Shown one piece after another: positions 19,017-29,553 of a stretch of 64,000 bases of DNA. Location: positions 5,229-69,228 of the forward strand of contig PLZA01000067.1 in assembly GCA_003153505.1 (NCBI GenBank). The letters run 5' to 3'. Numbering within the stretch: the first letter of the stretch is position 1; every line of letters begins with the position of its first letter. The position numbers were made by a program, and so were the translations under genes. This DNA is from Candidatus Dormiibacterota bacterium (GTDB taxonomy: Bacteria; Chloroflexota; Dormibacteria; Aeolococcales; Aeolococcaceae). The notes below the pieces were generated by a model that was not told the origin of the DNA, did no database searches, and was given only the letters and a program-made list of their open reading frames with translations.

Positions 19017-20579
19017 ATGCCGCTGCGAAACCGTCCGGGCATGCACGAAGGCGTGTCGAGGCGGCACGGGTCAGGGACGCGGCCGGTGAACACCGATCTG
19101 GCACGTCGGGCTACACGGGGCACCATGTGGTCGGCTGCCGGGACGTGGCTGAGTCGCGTGTCCGTTCTCGTCGTCATCGTCGTGCTCGCGCGACACCTCG
19201 ACGCTCGCGAGTTCGGAGTCCTCGGGGTGGCCACACTCGCCGCGAACGTCGCTCTGCAGCTCGATGACGGCGGCCTGAGTGATGCGTTGGTGTGGTGGCG
19301 GGGGCTCGTTCGCGAGGCAGCCGAGACCGCACTCCTCGGATGCGTGGCACTTGGCGCGGCGATCGCTGGGGTTCTTGCTCTGGCTGCTCCGGCCATCGCC
19401 GCCGTCTTCCACGCGCCCGATGCGACGCCGCTGCTGCGCGTCTACGCCATCGCGGTTCTCGCGGATGCCATCTCGGGCGTTTACCTGGGGATGCTCACAC
19501 GTGAGTTGGCATTCCGCGCAAGGTTCTTCCCCGAGGTGGTGCCGGCATTGTGTGGGGGCCTGGTGACCGTGGGGTTCGCCCTGAACGGCGCCGGGGTCTG
19601 GTCGTTGGTCATCGGCGACGTTCTCTGCAGCGGGCTCCGGCTCGTCATCGGGTTCCTCATCGTCGGGCGGCGGATGGTTCCACGCTGGCACCGAGAAGTG
19701 GCTTTGGGATTGTGGCGCTACGGGCGCGCCGCTTTGTCCGGGTCATTCCTCGAGTTCGCATTGCAGAACGTCGACTACGCTCTCGTCGGCCTTCTTCTCG
19801 GCCCGGTCGCGCTAGGCCTGTACACCATCGCTTTCCGAGTAGCCATCCTCCCGTTTCTGATCGTGACGTATGTCATCGCCGGAGTCACATTCCCGCTCTA
19901 CGCGCGGATCACAACCGACAGTGCCGCAATTCAGCGGGTGATGCAGCTCACGATGCGAGCAAACTGCAGCCTGGTGTTTCTCATGGGCGCCGGGCTGGCG
20001 ACGCTGGCTCCTTTCCTCGAAGTGCTGGGCCTCCGCTGGCAACCTGCAGTGCCGGTAGCGCGGCTCCTCGGCGTTTACATCTGCTTCCGCTCAGCGGCCT
20101 TCATGCTGAGCATGCTCCTGCGCGTTGTCAGTCCCACGGCGAACGCACTGCTGCGCGGAACGTGGGTGCTGTTGCTGATTGCGCTCATCGCCACGGTCGG
20201 GCGGACCGGCATCACCGCCGTCGCGGCCATCCAGGTCGTCGTGGCTGCAGGGATGCTCGGCGCATCTCTCGTTGTAGCACGGAGACTGGCTGGAATCTCG
20301 ATCGCCACGCTTGTGGTGGATATGGCTCGCGCCGGCATCGCCGCGCTGATTGCAGCTGCTGCCACGATCGCATTGCACCAAGAAGTCGGCGCGCTGTCGA
20401 ATCCCACGTCCATCGGTGCTCTGTTGGTCCTTGGCGGCACCTTCTGTGGAGTGTACATACTCACGCTGGCGTTAATCATGCCTGGCGTCGGGGGCGATCT
20501 GCGCCGACTGCGAGCTGTGGCGGGCCGCACCGCACCGGGAGCCTCCGTTACTGCCCCAAGCACCCTTCCGTCGCAATGA
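19017..20579 (+). CDS. Wzx-type flippase (PST family)
   Basis: 'RATRGTMWS', 'LARHLDAREFG', 'GAGVWSLV', 'LGPVALGLY'; many TM segments. Confidence 0.88.
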   Translation: MPLRNRPGMHEGVSRRHGSGTRPVNTDLARRATRGTMWSAAGTWLSRVSVLVVIVVLARHLDAREFGVLGVATLAANVALQLDDGGLSDALVWWRGLVREAAETALLGCVALGAAIAGVLALAAPAIAAVFHAPDATPLLRVYAIAVLADAISGVYLGMLTRELAFRARFFPEVVPALCGGLVTVGFALNGAGVWSLVIGDVLCSGLRLVIGFLIVGRRMVPRWHREVALGLWRYGRAALSGSFLEFALQNVDYALVGLLLGPVALGLYTIAFRVAILPFLIVTYVIAGVTFPLYARITTDSAAIQRVMQLTMRANCSLVFLMGAGLATLAPFLEVLGLRWQPAVPVARLLGVYICFRSAAFMLSMLLRVVSPTANALLRGTWVLLLIALIATVGRTGITAVAAIQVVVAAGMLGASLVVARRLAGISIATLVVDMARAGIAALIAAAATIALHQEVGALSNPTSIGALLVLGGTFCGVYILTLALIMPGVGGDLRRLRAVAGRTAPGASVTAPSTLPSQ

Positions 20580-20627
20580 GACTGCAAACGCTGCAAAGAG
20601 TATGCGGGTCTTGACAGGGTTGCCACG

Positions 20628-21395
20628 ATGAGGCCGGCGGTCCGGGCGGCCGTTCGGGCGTGGGCGCGTGTGCCGCACCCGCGTGGACCCGGCCTGATGG
20701 TGCTCGGCTACCACCGCGTGGCCGAGCGCGACGACGACATGACTGTGCGTCCCTCGACGTTCGCGGCACACGTCGGTCGACTGGTCGCATACCGCAGGGA
20801 GGTGCCCGTCGTCGACCTCGACCGCGCTATTCGCAACCAACCTGACGGTTGGCCACGACGCGCCGTCGCGATCACCATTGATGACGCCTGGATGGATGTG
20901 CACACAAACGGTCTTCCCGTTTTGGTCGACGCGAAGATTCCCGTGACGATCTACGTTCCAAGCGGGCTGCTAGGCGCTCGCGATCACATGACAAGCACTC
21001 AGGTGTGTGAGTGGATTGATGCGGGGATGACAGTTGGTGGTCACTCGCGCAGTCACGCAGACCTGCGTAGCTGCAACGACGCCGAGCTAGAACGCGAGAT
21101 TCGCGGTTGCCGCGAAGACTTGGAGGATCTGCTCGGCGTCCCGGTGACGAGCTTTGCCTACCCGTTTGGCCACCTCGACCGGCGCGTGCGTGACGCCGTT
21201 GCCGCGGCCGGATTCACAAGTGCCGTATCCACCCGGCGTGGGTGGACACGCCCCGGCACTGACCCGCTGCGCATCCCGAGGTGCATTGTCGAAGACTTCG
21301 ACGCCGTCACGTTCCGCGCCGCGATCAAAGGCGGCCTGAATGTGCTGCGCGGACCAGATGCCGTGCGCGGCCGCTTCGGACGATCCGGGCCGTAG
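20628..21395 (+). CDS. Polysaccharide deacetylase (CE4, IcaB-like)
   Basis: 'LGYHRV', 'ITIDDAW', 'GHSRSH', 'FAYPFG'. Confidence 0.9.
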   Translation: MRPAVRAAVRAWARVPHPRGPGLMVLGYHRVAERDDDMTVRPSTFAAHVGRLVAYRREVPVVDLDRAIRNQPDGWPRRAVAITIDDAWMDVHTNGLPVLVDAKIPVTIYVPSGLLGARDHMTSTQVCEWIDAGMTVGGHSRSHADLRSCNDAELEREIRGCREDLEDLLGVPVTSFAYPFGHLDRRVRDAVAAAGFTSAVSTRRGWTRPGTDPLRIPRCIVEDFDAVTFRAAIKGGLNVLRGPDAVRGRFGRSGP

Positions 21396-21478
21396 GTCGA
21401 GCCGAGCTTTGTCGCGGAATGACAGTGGGCCTGACGTACCCGTTCCGTTGAGCCGACACATTCCATTGAGGAGCTGCG

Positions 21479-21763
21479 ATGAATCTCGCCCGCGGAACGC
21501 GTTCAGGCGCACTTGAACCGGCTCACTCGAGGGCCGCCGACGCCGTCGCTGCACCACCGTTCCCCGGCCGCTTCACCGGCGCTGCCGCACCCAGCCCCGC
21601 ACTTGTCGCTGTGCTCGCATCGCGGCTCGCTGCGAACCTCTTCATGCGCGACGGGCGTGTCGCGATCCACGTCGCCGACAGCCACCGCGACGACGCCGTC
21701 ACTCGGCGACTCGGCGACGAAAGCGGAATCATCATGCTGCCCTGCCAGCAACCGAGTAACTAA
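21479..21763 (+). CDS. Hypothetical protein
   Basis: GAGGAG RBS before ATG; no recognisable domain. Confidence 0.25.
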   Translation: MNLARGTRSGALEPAHSRAADAVAAPPFPGRFTGAAAPSPALVAVLASRLAANLFMRDGRVAIHVADSHRDDAVTRRLGDESGIIMLPCQQPSN

Positions 21764-21954
21764 GGACATCTGCCGGCGAGCTACTCGTCGCCCTTGACCC
21801 TCCGAGACCACTGCGGTGAGCACACCGCGCTCAGCTTGATCGTGGGGTCGCCCGCGTGACGCGACGCCGCCTATTGCCTACGAACCACGATGTCATCGAC
21901 GGGAGGGCGCGGGCTCCTTGACCTTGGCGCCGTCGAGCGGGTCCGAGCCTCACC

Positions 21955-23547
21955 TTACTCGAGCATTTGAAGCCCAGGAAGCGTAAGGAATTCGACGAAG
22001 TCTGGGGACAACGTCAACTGCTTCACAAGCTCCAGTGCATCTACCCAGCGGCCTTGAGAGTAGTTCACGCCTACCACCGAACGAATACGGTCGAATTCCT
22101 CCGCGGTGAGCCGCGAGACCAGCTCTCGTGTGACCACCGCGCCGCTTTCGGTGTGAACACCGTGTCGGATCCACTGCCAGATCTGGGATCGGGCGATCTC
22201 AGCCGTTGCGGCATCCTCCATAAGGCTATTGATAGTCACTGCGCCGTTCCCTCGCAGCCAGGATTCCAGGTACTGGAGAGTTACGCTGAGATTCGCACGC
22301 AAGCCGTTCTCGGTAACGGAGCCCCCGGGAACCTTGAGATCGAGCATTGGCTCAGGCTTGACCGAACCGTCCTCGCGATGCCGATGCAACTGGTTGGGAC
22401 GACTCCCGAGGACCCCGTCGAACACTTTATTCGCGACCTGCACAAGATCTGGGTGCGCGACCCATGTGCCGTCGAAGCCGTCGGTGGACTCGCGCTCTTT
22501 GTCTTCTCGGACCCGGACAAGAGCGCTCTCGTTGAGCTCGCGATCCCTCCGGTTGGGGACATATGCAGACATTCCGCCAATCGCGTGCGCGCCGCGATGA
22601 TGACAGGTCCGTATCAGCCGGTCCGTGTAAGCGCGCATGAACGGCACGGTCATCGTGATCTCAGCACGGTCGGGGAGAACACAGTCGGGACTATTCCGGA
22701 ACTTCTTGATGATGCTGAAGATGTAATCCCAACGACCGGCGTTGAGCCCGGCGGCGCGACTGCGGAGTTCGAAGAGAATCTCATCCATCTCAAACGCAGC
22801 CAAAATGGTCTCGATGAGCACCGTGGCCTTTACGCAACCGTTAGGCAGCCCTAACCTCCCTTCGGCGTAACTGAAGACATCGTTCCAGAGTCGCGCCTCG
22901 AGGTGGCCCTCGAGTTTGGCCAAGTAGAGGTAGGGACCGCTGCCAGCGTCCAGGAGTTGCCGGGCGTTGTGGAAGAGGAAGAGCCCGGCGTCGAACAAGC
23001 TCGCTGACATCGGCTTGCCGCCGATGGCGATGTGCGACTCCTGGAGGTGCCAGCCACGGGGACGCACCATCAGGGTCGCGGTGTGTTCGGCGAGACGGTA
23101 GACCTTGGCCTCCGGCGACGAAAACTCGATCGTCCGAGCTACGGCGTCGATAAGGTTTACGTGTCCCTGGACAATGTTCTCCCATGTCGGCGAGAGGGAG
23201 TCTTCAAGATCGGCCATGAAGACGCGAGCACCCGAGTTGAGAGCGTTGATCATCATCTTGCGCTCGACCGGACCGGTGATCTCGCAGCGCCGGTCCTGGA
23301 GGTCAGGTGGGGTCGGTGCGATCAGCCAGTCCCCCTCACGGATTTCTTGGGTGCCGACTAGAAACGCGGGTTGCTCCCCGGCAGTGATTCTGACCTGGCG
23401 CTCGTCTCGAACCCGTAGAAGTTGCTCGCGTTCGCCTTCGAAGAGGTGGTGCAGGCCCGAGAGAAAGCTGAGCGCCTCTGGCGTCAGCACCTCGTCGGCT
23501 CGGACGACGCTGTTTTCCAGAATGTGGATATCAGCGTCGACTTCCAT
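21955..23547 (-). CDS. aceB: Malate synthase A
   Basis: 'DRRCEITGP', 'MINALNSGA', 'VRPRGWHL', '[12 protein letters not shown]', '[10 protein letters not shown]'. Confidence 0.97.
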   Translation of the reverse strand: MEVDADIHILENSVVRADEVLTPEALSFLSGLHHLFEGEREQLLRVRDERQVRITAGEQPAFLVGTQEIREGDWLIAPTPPDLQDRRCEITGPVERKMMINALNSGARVFMADLEDSLSPTWENIVQGHVNLIDAVARTIEFSSPEAKVYRLAEHTATLMVRPRGWHLQESHIAIGGKPMSASLFDAGLFLFHNARQLLDAGSGPYLYLAKLEGHLEARLWNDVFSYAEGRLGLPNGCVKATVLIETILAAFEMDEILFELRSRAAGLNAGRWDYIFSIIKKFRNSPDCVLPDRAEITMTVPFMRAYTDRLIRTCHHRGAHAIGGMSAYVPNRRDRELNESALVRVREDKERESTDGFDGTWVAHPDLVQVANKVFDGVLGSRPNQLHRHREDGSVKPEPMLDLKVPGGSVTENGLRANLSVTLQYLESWLRGNGAVTINSLMEDAATAEIARSQIWQWIRHGVHTESGAVVTRELVSRLTAEEFDRIRSVVGVNYSQGRWVDALELVKQLTLSPDFVEFLTLPGLQMLE

Positions 23548-23664
23548 CGCTGGCGCTCCTCGTCATGCGTTGGTGACCCCGCGGAACCAGGGTCAGGATC
23601 TTCAGTGGCAACGCTACGGAGAAGCGGACCACACAGCCGCTACGGTCATCAGGGTTGTCGTGAC

Positions 23665-24048
23665 CTAACCACGACTCGTTTGGCGCAGATACTCTCGCCA
23701 GCCGCCGAAGTGAGTGATGTCGCGGACGCCCGGAGCTCCCAGACACTCCCGTCGCAACCGCATCGACAGTGCCCCACCCCCGTCCTCGAGCTCGATGACA
23801 CTGAGTTCGAGTTCGGCAGGCTCGCCTGGCAGGAGGCTGTCGCGAAGAAGCTCATAGCTCAGCTCATAGACCTCCCCCGCGATCGCGCCGCCGTCCGCAG
23901 CGGGATAGAGGCCAGGGAATTCATCGCGAACGCTATAAAAGTGGTATTTCGCGGCCGTACGCGTCGCGGCTACAAGTTCACTTCCCTTGAGGAGGTGATG
24001 CATCGAGCCGCCGCCCATGGCCGTTCCGTTCAAGAACATCCTTGGCAC
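23665..24048 (-). CDS. Gamma-glutamylcyclotransferase-fold protein (allophanate hydrolase C-terminal-like)
   Basis: 'FLNGTAM', 'IAGEVYEL', 'EPAEL', 'DITHFGGWREYL'. Confidence 0.8.
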   Translation of the reverse strand: MPRMFLNGTAMGGGSMHHLLKGSELVAATRTAAKYHFYSVRDEFPGLYPAADGGAIAGEVYELSYELLRDSLLPGEPAELELSVIELEDGGGALSMRLRRECLGAPGVRDITHFGGWREYLRQTSRG

Positions 24049-24271
24049 AGCGATCAGCGCCCACCGGCCAGCGCCCAGTGGGCGGCTGGCGCGACAACCA
24101 GGTCGTCCTCACTCCGACTTCGGAGATCCAACACGCTGATGCTGAGGGTTCGCATGAGCCCCTCGTGCGGTCCTCTCCGCCCCTCACCCGATAACCGTTT
24201 CATCTGTCCTTAATCTCCACCATCCGGAAGTGATCTTTTGTCGTTCGGAAGGAGCCGAGGCTCATTCGAAG

Positions 24272-24318
24272 TTGACTTTGCTGCCACCGGGACCCATTAT
24301 GGCGCCTGGATGGATCCA
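24272..24318 (+). promoter_or_regulatory. Sigma70-like promoter with TGGATCCA palindrome upstream of hydA
   Basis: TTGACT-17-CATTAT followed by GGCGCCTGGATGGATCCA; near-identical to the gntR promoter. Confidence 0.55.
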
Positions 24319-24434
24319 GATGCTATCGGGCCGGCGATGGCCCTCCGCCGTTCACGACCTCACCGTCTGCTCGTGAAGGTTCCTCGCGCAGGTCCTTCTG
24401 AAGTAACGGTCCCCTCGAATCATGTGGCCACCTG

Positions 24435-25853
24435 GTGGCTTCGTCGAAGTTGGCGCGCCTTGTAATCCGCGGTGGCACGGTCATCACCGCCTCCTCGAAT
24501 CAGTTGGCAGACGTGCTCGTCGAGGACCGCGTGGTGGCCGCGGTCACCGCTACCGGATCGGACCTGAGCAGAAACTTTTCTGAGGCAGCCGACAGAGTCC
24601 TCGACGCGACCGGCAGGTACGTGATCCCCGGCGGCGTCGACGTGCATACACACATGGAAATGCCGTTTGGTGAGACGTACACGTCCGACACGTTCGAAAC
24701 CGGCACGCGAGCGGCCATCTGGGGGGGGACCACGACGATCGTCGATTTTGCTATCCAGTCCCATGGTGCCTCCCTACAAGATGGCTTGGAGACCTGGTCG
24801 CGGAAGGCGGCCGGCAACTGCGCTACTGACTACGGTTTCCACATGGTCCTCACCGACGTCAACGAGTCAACGCTGCGCGAGATGGATCAGCTGGTCGAGC
24901 AGGGAGTGACCAGCTTCAAGATGTTTATGGCGTATCCCGGCGTCTTCTACTCCACCGACGGACAGATCCTTGCCGCGATGCAGCGTGCGGCCGGCAATGG
25001 CGCCCTCATCCAGATGCACGCCGAGAATGGCATCGCCATCGATCGTCTTGTCACCGAGGCACTCGCGCGCGGCGACGTTTCCCCTCGATTCCACGGGTCG
25101 ACGAGACCCGCAGCCCTCGAAGGGGAGGCGACACATCGGGCAATTCAGCTCGCTCGTGTGTCGGGGTCGCCGCTTTACATCGTTCACCTTTCCGCAGAGG
25201 AGGCGCTCGCGGAGGTGCTCGACGCCCGCGATCGCGGGCAGTCCGTTTTCGCTGAAACGTGCCCGCACTACCTCTTTCTCACCCAGCATGAAATGGCACG
25301 AGATGGATTCGACGGCGCCAAATTTGTCTGCTCACCACCGCTTCGGTCCCACGATGACCAGAACGCCCTCTGGCGCGGTCTCGTCACCGATGACCTAAGT
25401 GTCGTCGCAACGGATCACTGCCCCTTCTGCTTCAAAGAGCAGAAGGAACTCGGTCGCGGCGACTTCTCAAAGATCCCCAACGGCGTCCCCGGGGTTGAGC
25501 ACCGGATGGACCTGCTTTATCAGGGCGTGCTGCAGGGAAAACTCACCCTATCGCGATGGGTCGAGGTCACCGCAACCGCACCCGCTCGGATGTTCGGACT
25601 CTATCCGCAGAAGGGGAGCCTGCAGCCGGGGGCCGACGCTGACATCGTGATCTATGACCCAAGGACGCAGGCGACCATCTCTGCCGAGACGCACCACATG
25701 TCGATCGACTACTCGTGCTACGAAGGCATGACTGTGATGGGTCAAGTGGAGACGGTCTTGCTGCGCGGCTCCGTCGTGCTGGACAAGCGCCAGTACGTCG
25801 GGACGCCCTCTGGACGATTCATCGCTCGGGGGCTTTGCCAGTACGCTCGCTGA
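24435..25853 (+). CDS. hydA: Dihydropyrimidinase / D-hydantoinase
   Basis: 'PGGVDVHTH', 'GGTTTIVDF', 'SFKMFMAY', 'MHAENG', 'ATDHCPF', 'IPNGVPGVE'. Confidence 0.95.
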   Translation: MASSKLARLVIRGGTVITASSNQLADVLVEDRVVAAVTATGSDLSRNFSEAADRVLDATGRYVIPGGVDVHTHMEMPFGETYTSDTFETGTRAAIWGGTTTIVDFAIQSHGASLQDGLETWSRKAAGNCATDYGFHMVLTDVNESTLREMDQLVEQGVTSFKMFMAYPGVFYSTDGQILAAMQRAAGNGALIQMHAENGIAIDRLVTEALARGDVSPRFHGSTRPAALEGEATHRAIQLARVSGSPLYIVHLSAEEALAEVLDARDRGQSVFAETCPHYLFLTQHEMARDGFDGAKFVCSPPLRSHDDQNALWRGLVTDDLSVVATDHCPFCFKEQKELGRGDFSKIPNGVPGVEHRMDLLYQGVLQGKLTLSRWVEVTATAPARMFGLYPQKGSLQPGADADIVIYDPRTQATISAETHHMSIDYSCYEGMTVMGQVETVLLRGSVVLDKRQYVGTPSGRFIARGLCQYAR

Positions 25854-25979
25854 ATCAGGCGCGGGTTCGAACTCGGGCATGGTGCGCGTCCGTATGCCTC
25901 GGCGAGCACCTCCAGGAAGTGGTCCGATGGTCGAAAGCCGTGCATCGCACGGGACATGAGCCATGGACACTTGGCTGAT

Positions 25980-26027
25980 TTGACGAGCGAGCCTTTCGGG
26001 ACTCATAATGGCGCCTAGATGGATCCC
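25980..26027 (+). promoter_or_regulatory. Sigma70-like promoter of gntR (probably leaderless) with TGGATCC motif over the start codon
   Basis: TTGACG-18-CATAAT, ATG 9 nt later, no Shine-Dalgarno sequence. Confidence 0.55.
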
Positions 26028-26678
26028 GGAGGTTTTCAGAGGACGCCGACTGCCGTACGACGAATTGAAGCGGAGCTTAGGTCAGATATCTTGGCTGGGA
26101 ATTTAGCTCCCGGCACGGTCCTGCATCAAGAGGCGCTGGCTTCGCGTTATCACACCGGCAGAACGCCCGTTCGCCAAGCACTCGTCGCTCTCGAAGGAGA
26201 AGGCTTGGTTTCATTGCCGACTGGACGGACCGCGATCGTGAGCGAAGTGACCGCAAAGATGCTGGTGGAGCTCGTGGAGATGCGCTTGCTTCTCGAGCCG
26301 TTCATGGCCGGCAGAGCCGCAACCAACATGCCGACGTCTGTAATCGTCGAACTCCAAGAGCGCGTTCAAGAAGCACGGGGCGCAGCCAACGGGCCTGACG
26401 TTGTGAATACCGTGGATCAGTTGGTGCACGCAACGTTCTCCGCGTGGTGTGGGAACGCTCGCATGGCTCGAACCGTGAATGATCTCCATGCGATGCTCGC
26501 TCTCGCGCGGGTTCAGGACCTCGCGTCGCGGCATGCCGATGTCCTCTCAAGTCTCGAATCAATACTCCGGGCGGCGGCCGCCCGCGACGCGGATGCGACA
26601 GAGGTTGAGATGAGGGAACACATCCGACCCTTCACGACATACTTTGCGTCTCCGTCGCATGGGCCGATGGACCGCTGA
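26019..26678 (+). CDS. GntR family (FadR/FCD) transcriptional regulator
   Basis: wHTH 'ILAGNLAPG...TGRTPVRQALVALEGEGLV' plus FCD domain. Confidence 0.92.
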   Translation: MDPGGFQRTPTAVRRIEAELRSDILAGNLAPGTVLHQEALASRYHTGRTPVRQALVALEGEGLVSLPTGRTAIVSEVTAKMLVELVEMRLLLEPFMAGRAATNMPTSVIVELQERVQEARGAANGPDVVNTVDQLVHATFSAWCGNARMARTVNDLHAMLALARVQDLASRHADVLSSLESILRAAAARDADATEVEMREHIRPFTTYFASPSHGPMDR

Positions 26679-26849
26679 GGGAGGCATGTGTTCGTGCTCG
26701 TCGGCAGATTGCGGGTATGTGCATGTGCACATACACCACCTTCGCGGCCCTGCCACCGAAGTCATCGTATTCGAGCAACCGGTGCCGCCGTCAGTGATGC
26801 CACGCCTTCAAGAATCAGACGTGACGTGGCCCCGGATCGGAGTCAGTGA

Positions 26850-27179
26850 GTGAACGGGCCGTTGGCGCGGGCTCAGCATCCCGGCTCGGAATCCCATGGG
26901 AGCGATGTCGGTCAGGACGATCTCGGATCCGCGACGTCGTTCAAATGGAATGGCAGTCCGAAGCAAGGATTTTCTCAACAGGTGGTCGCAGCGGCTCTCA
27001 TTGCGGCTGGCGAAGTCGACTTCGGACGGCCGATACGCACGGGCGGCGCGCGTAGTCTCTATTGCGGTATGGGCGTTTGTTGGGAATGCTGCGTGCTCAC
27101 TCCGTCCGGGGAGATCGTTCGGGCGTGCCTAGAGCGGGTCGAGGACCATCCGGTGATGAATTCGGCGCCGCCCGCTTGA
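26850..27179 (+). CDS. (2Fe-2S)-binding subunit, HcnA/OoxC-like
   Basis: 'VAAALIAAG...RSLYCGMGVCWECCV...RAC'. Confidence 0.85.
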   Translation: MNGPLARAQHPGSESHGSDVGQDDLGSATSFKWNGSPKQGFSQQVVAAALIAAGEVDFGRPIRTGGARSLYCGMGVCWECCVLTPSGEIVRACLERVEDHPVMNSAPPA

Positions 27180-27185
27180 GCATCT

Positions 27186-28592
27186 ATGGAGCAGTTTGAA
27201 ACCGACGTCTTGATCATCGGCGGCGGCCCCGCTGGCATGGCGGCCGCCGTGGAAGCTTCTGCTATCGGCGTGTCTGTTCTGCTCATCGACGACCGTGAAA
27301 ACCTGGGCGGTCAAGCGTATCGGCATCTCGCGCCGCGAGGACGACAGGACACTCCTGGCCACGATTCGGCAAGCCAGCGGCGCGGGATATCGCTGCTTGG
27401 CGAGATACGCGTTGCGCCGATCTCGCAATGGCTGCAATCGACTGTGTTGGATCTACGCGCCGGCGAGGCGATCGCCTCCCGCGCACGCACCGGTCTGGCC
27501 CGTGTGCGGTTCCGTACGTGTGTCGTCGCGACGGGTGCTTACGATTCGCCTTATCCGGTACCGGGTTGGACCACGCCGGGGGTTATGGGTGCCGGCGGGG
27601 CGAGCGCGCTGGTGCGGAACTTGCACTCCGGGGCAGGCATGCGGGCGATCATCGCTGGCACCGGACCGATGCTCATAACGTTCGCTGCTGAGATCCTGAG
27701 AGCTGGCGTCCACCTCGAAGGCGTCTTCGAGAGTGCTCCGAGACCCGGACCAAGACATGCGAATACTGCGCTGAAGGCACCATTCGCCGATCGCGCTGGA
27801 TCCCTCGAACTCGCCAGCAATTTGCTCTTCCTTAGACGACGAGGCGTGCGCGTCCATTGGGGCATGCGCGTGCAGGAAGTTGGCAACAGTGACCAGGGCC
27901 GATGGGTGACGGTGTGCTCGACAGCCACGAAGTCGTCAAAGACCGTGGTTAGTACGCGGATTGACCGCCTAGACCTCGTGTGTCTTGGTTACGGGTTGAC
28001 CCCGTCGGTTGATTTACTTCGGCTCAGCGGCGCCGATGTCCAGTGGCTTCGACCCGACGCCTTTCCGTCGGCTGCTCACGGATCCAACCTGAGGACCACC
28101 GTACCGAGCATCTTCGCCGCTGGGGACTGTGCATCCATCATGGGGGCCTTCGGGGCAGAGGCGGGGGGACGACTTGCAGGCCTCACTGCTGGCGCCGAAG
28201 CGGGACGGATTACGCCAACGCGGTCACTGGTAAGCCACCAAAAGGTGCTTCGCCGCACCCTCAGCCGAGCCGTACGGCTCAAGCGGACCGTTGAGCGGAT
28301 CTATGGAGTTCCGAGTTGGCCGCAGGCGGCGTTGCGGGACGACACCCTCGTGTGTCGCTGCGAAGGCATCTCGCTGAACAGTGTTCGTCAATCTGCTGAG
28401 GAGTGGTCTTCCGACGCGGAAACAGTCAGGGCTATGACACGTCTGGGGATGGGTTGGTGTCAGGGCCGCAACTGCCTCGCCAGAACACTTCGAATCGTTG
28501 CTGGAAGCGACGAGGCACGCTACGAGTGGTGGCCCACTGCGAGACCGCCGGCGCGGCCTGTTGTGATCGCAGACATCGTCGGCGCGCCGTGA
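27186..28592 (+). CDS. NAD(P)/FAD oxidoreductase with BFD-like [2Fe-2S], HcnB/OoxA-like
   Basis: GGGPAG, 'ATGAYD..YPVPGWTTPGV', 'AAGDC', 'VCRCE', 'TRLGMGWCQGRNC'. Confidence 0.9.
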   Translation: MEQFETDVLIIGGGPAGMAAAVEASAIGVSVLLIDDRENLGGQAYRHLAPRGRQDTPGHDSASQRRGISLLGEIRVAPISQWLQSTVLDLRAGEAIASRARTGLARVRFRTCVVATGAYDSPYPVPGWTTPGVMGAGGASALVRNLHSGAGMRAIIAGTGPMLITFAAEILRAGVHLEGVFESAPRPGPRHANTALKAPFADRAGSLELASNLLFLRRRGVRVHWGMRVQEVGNSDQGRWVTVCSTATKSSKTVVSTRIDRLDLVCLGYGLTPSVDLLRLSGADVQWLRPDAFPSAAHGSNLRTTVPSIFAAGDCASIMGAFGAEAGGRLAGLTAGAEAGRITPTRSLVSHQKVLRRTLSRAVRLKRTVERIYGVPSWPQAALRDDTLVCRCEGISLNSVRQSAEEWSSDAETVRAMTRLGMGWCQGRNCLARTLRIVAGSDEARYEWWPTARPPARPVVIADIVGAP

Positions 28593-28626
28593 GTTAGCCG
28601 GGTTCACACAAAAAGGGAGCAACGTA

Positions 28627-29553
28627 ATGGCGAATCGCGACCTCGTGTCGTGGCGTGGTTACTGGCCCGCATCGACGACGCCTTTCGACGCTCAGGGACA
28701 CCTGGACCTCGCGATGCTGAGCGCCCTGATGGATTTGTACGTATCGCAGGGTATGCACGGAATCGTGGTCAACGGTTCATCTGGAGAGTGGTTCAGCCAG
28801 ACGACGGATGAACGGCGAGCCGTGGCCGACGCCGCGGTCTCGGCAGTAGGCGGACGTGTGCCCGTGCTCGTCGGCTGCAGCTCATTGCGTTTTGCTGACA
28901 CGTTGGACTTGCTTGCGCATGCAGCATCTACCGGTGCGGCCGGCGCCCTCGTGAGCTTGCCGCCATACATGGTTCCGGATGAACGGGAAGCAGTTTCGTA
29001 CTTCGAAGCAGTAGCCGCCGCATCGTCGATTCCGATCATGGCGTACAACTGGCCGCCCGGCACGAACGTCGATATGTCTGCCTCCCTGCTCGAGCGTATC
29101 GCGGCCATCAGCAACGTCGTCGCGGTGAAGGAGAGCACGATCGATGGTGCCAAGGCCATCGAGACCGCGCGCCTTCTTTCTCCGGAGGTACGGGTATTCG
29201 TCGACTTGATGAGCTCATCCGGAGTCGACGTTCTCACGCAAGTCGGCGGAGATGGGTATATCGGGGGCGGAGCCCTTCTCGGCCGCGCTCTTCCTCGGTT
29301 CTACGAGGCAATCTGGAGGGGGGATCTGGCCGAGGCCCGCGCGCTCGGCGACACCGTCTCAGCATTCAACGCGGCACTCACGAACAGAGACTGGAGCGGC
29401 GTCTTCGGGCCGGCGCAAAGCCAGCTCAAGGCGGCGATGAACATACTTGGGCAGCCGGGTGGCTTCCCGCGGTTCCCGCGGCGCGTTTTGAACGATGACG
29501 AGACCTTGGAGCGCCTGGCGACGGCACTGAGCCCAGCCCACGCGTGGCAGTGA
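28627..29553 (+). CDS. DapA/NAL-family Schiff-base enzyme (aldolase or Pyr4H2C deaminase-like)
   Basis: 'WRGYWPASTTPF', 'GSSGEW', 'MAYNWP', 'VAVKES' (catalytic Lys). Confidence 0.9.
   Translation: MANRDLVSWRGYWPASTTPFDAQGHLDLAMLSALMDLYVSQGMHGIVVNGSSGEWFSQTTDERRAVADAAVSAVGGRVPVLVGCSSLRFADTLDLLAHAASTGAAGALVSLPPYMVPDEREAVSYFEAVAAASSIPIMAYNWPPGTNVDMSASLLERIAAISNVVAVKESTIDGAKAIETARLLSPEVRVFVDLMSSSGVDVLTQVGGDGYIGGGALLGRALPRFYEAIWRGDLAEARALGDTVSAFNAALTNRDWSGVFGPAQSQLKAAMNILGQPGGFPRFPRRVLNDDETLERLATALSPAHAWQ

Noticed and set aside
28627..29553. dapA (lysine biosynthesis)
   Set aside because: GSSGEW instead of GTTGE, and a catabolic neighbourhood
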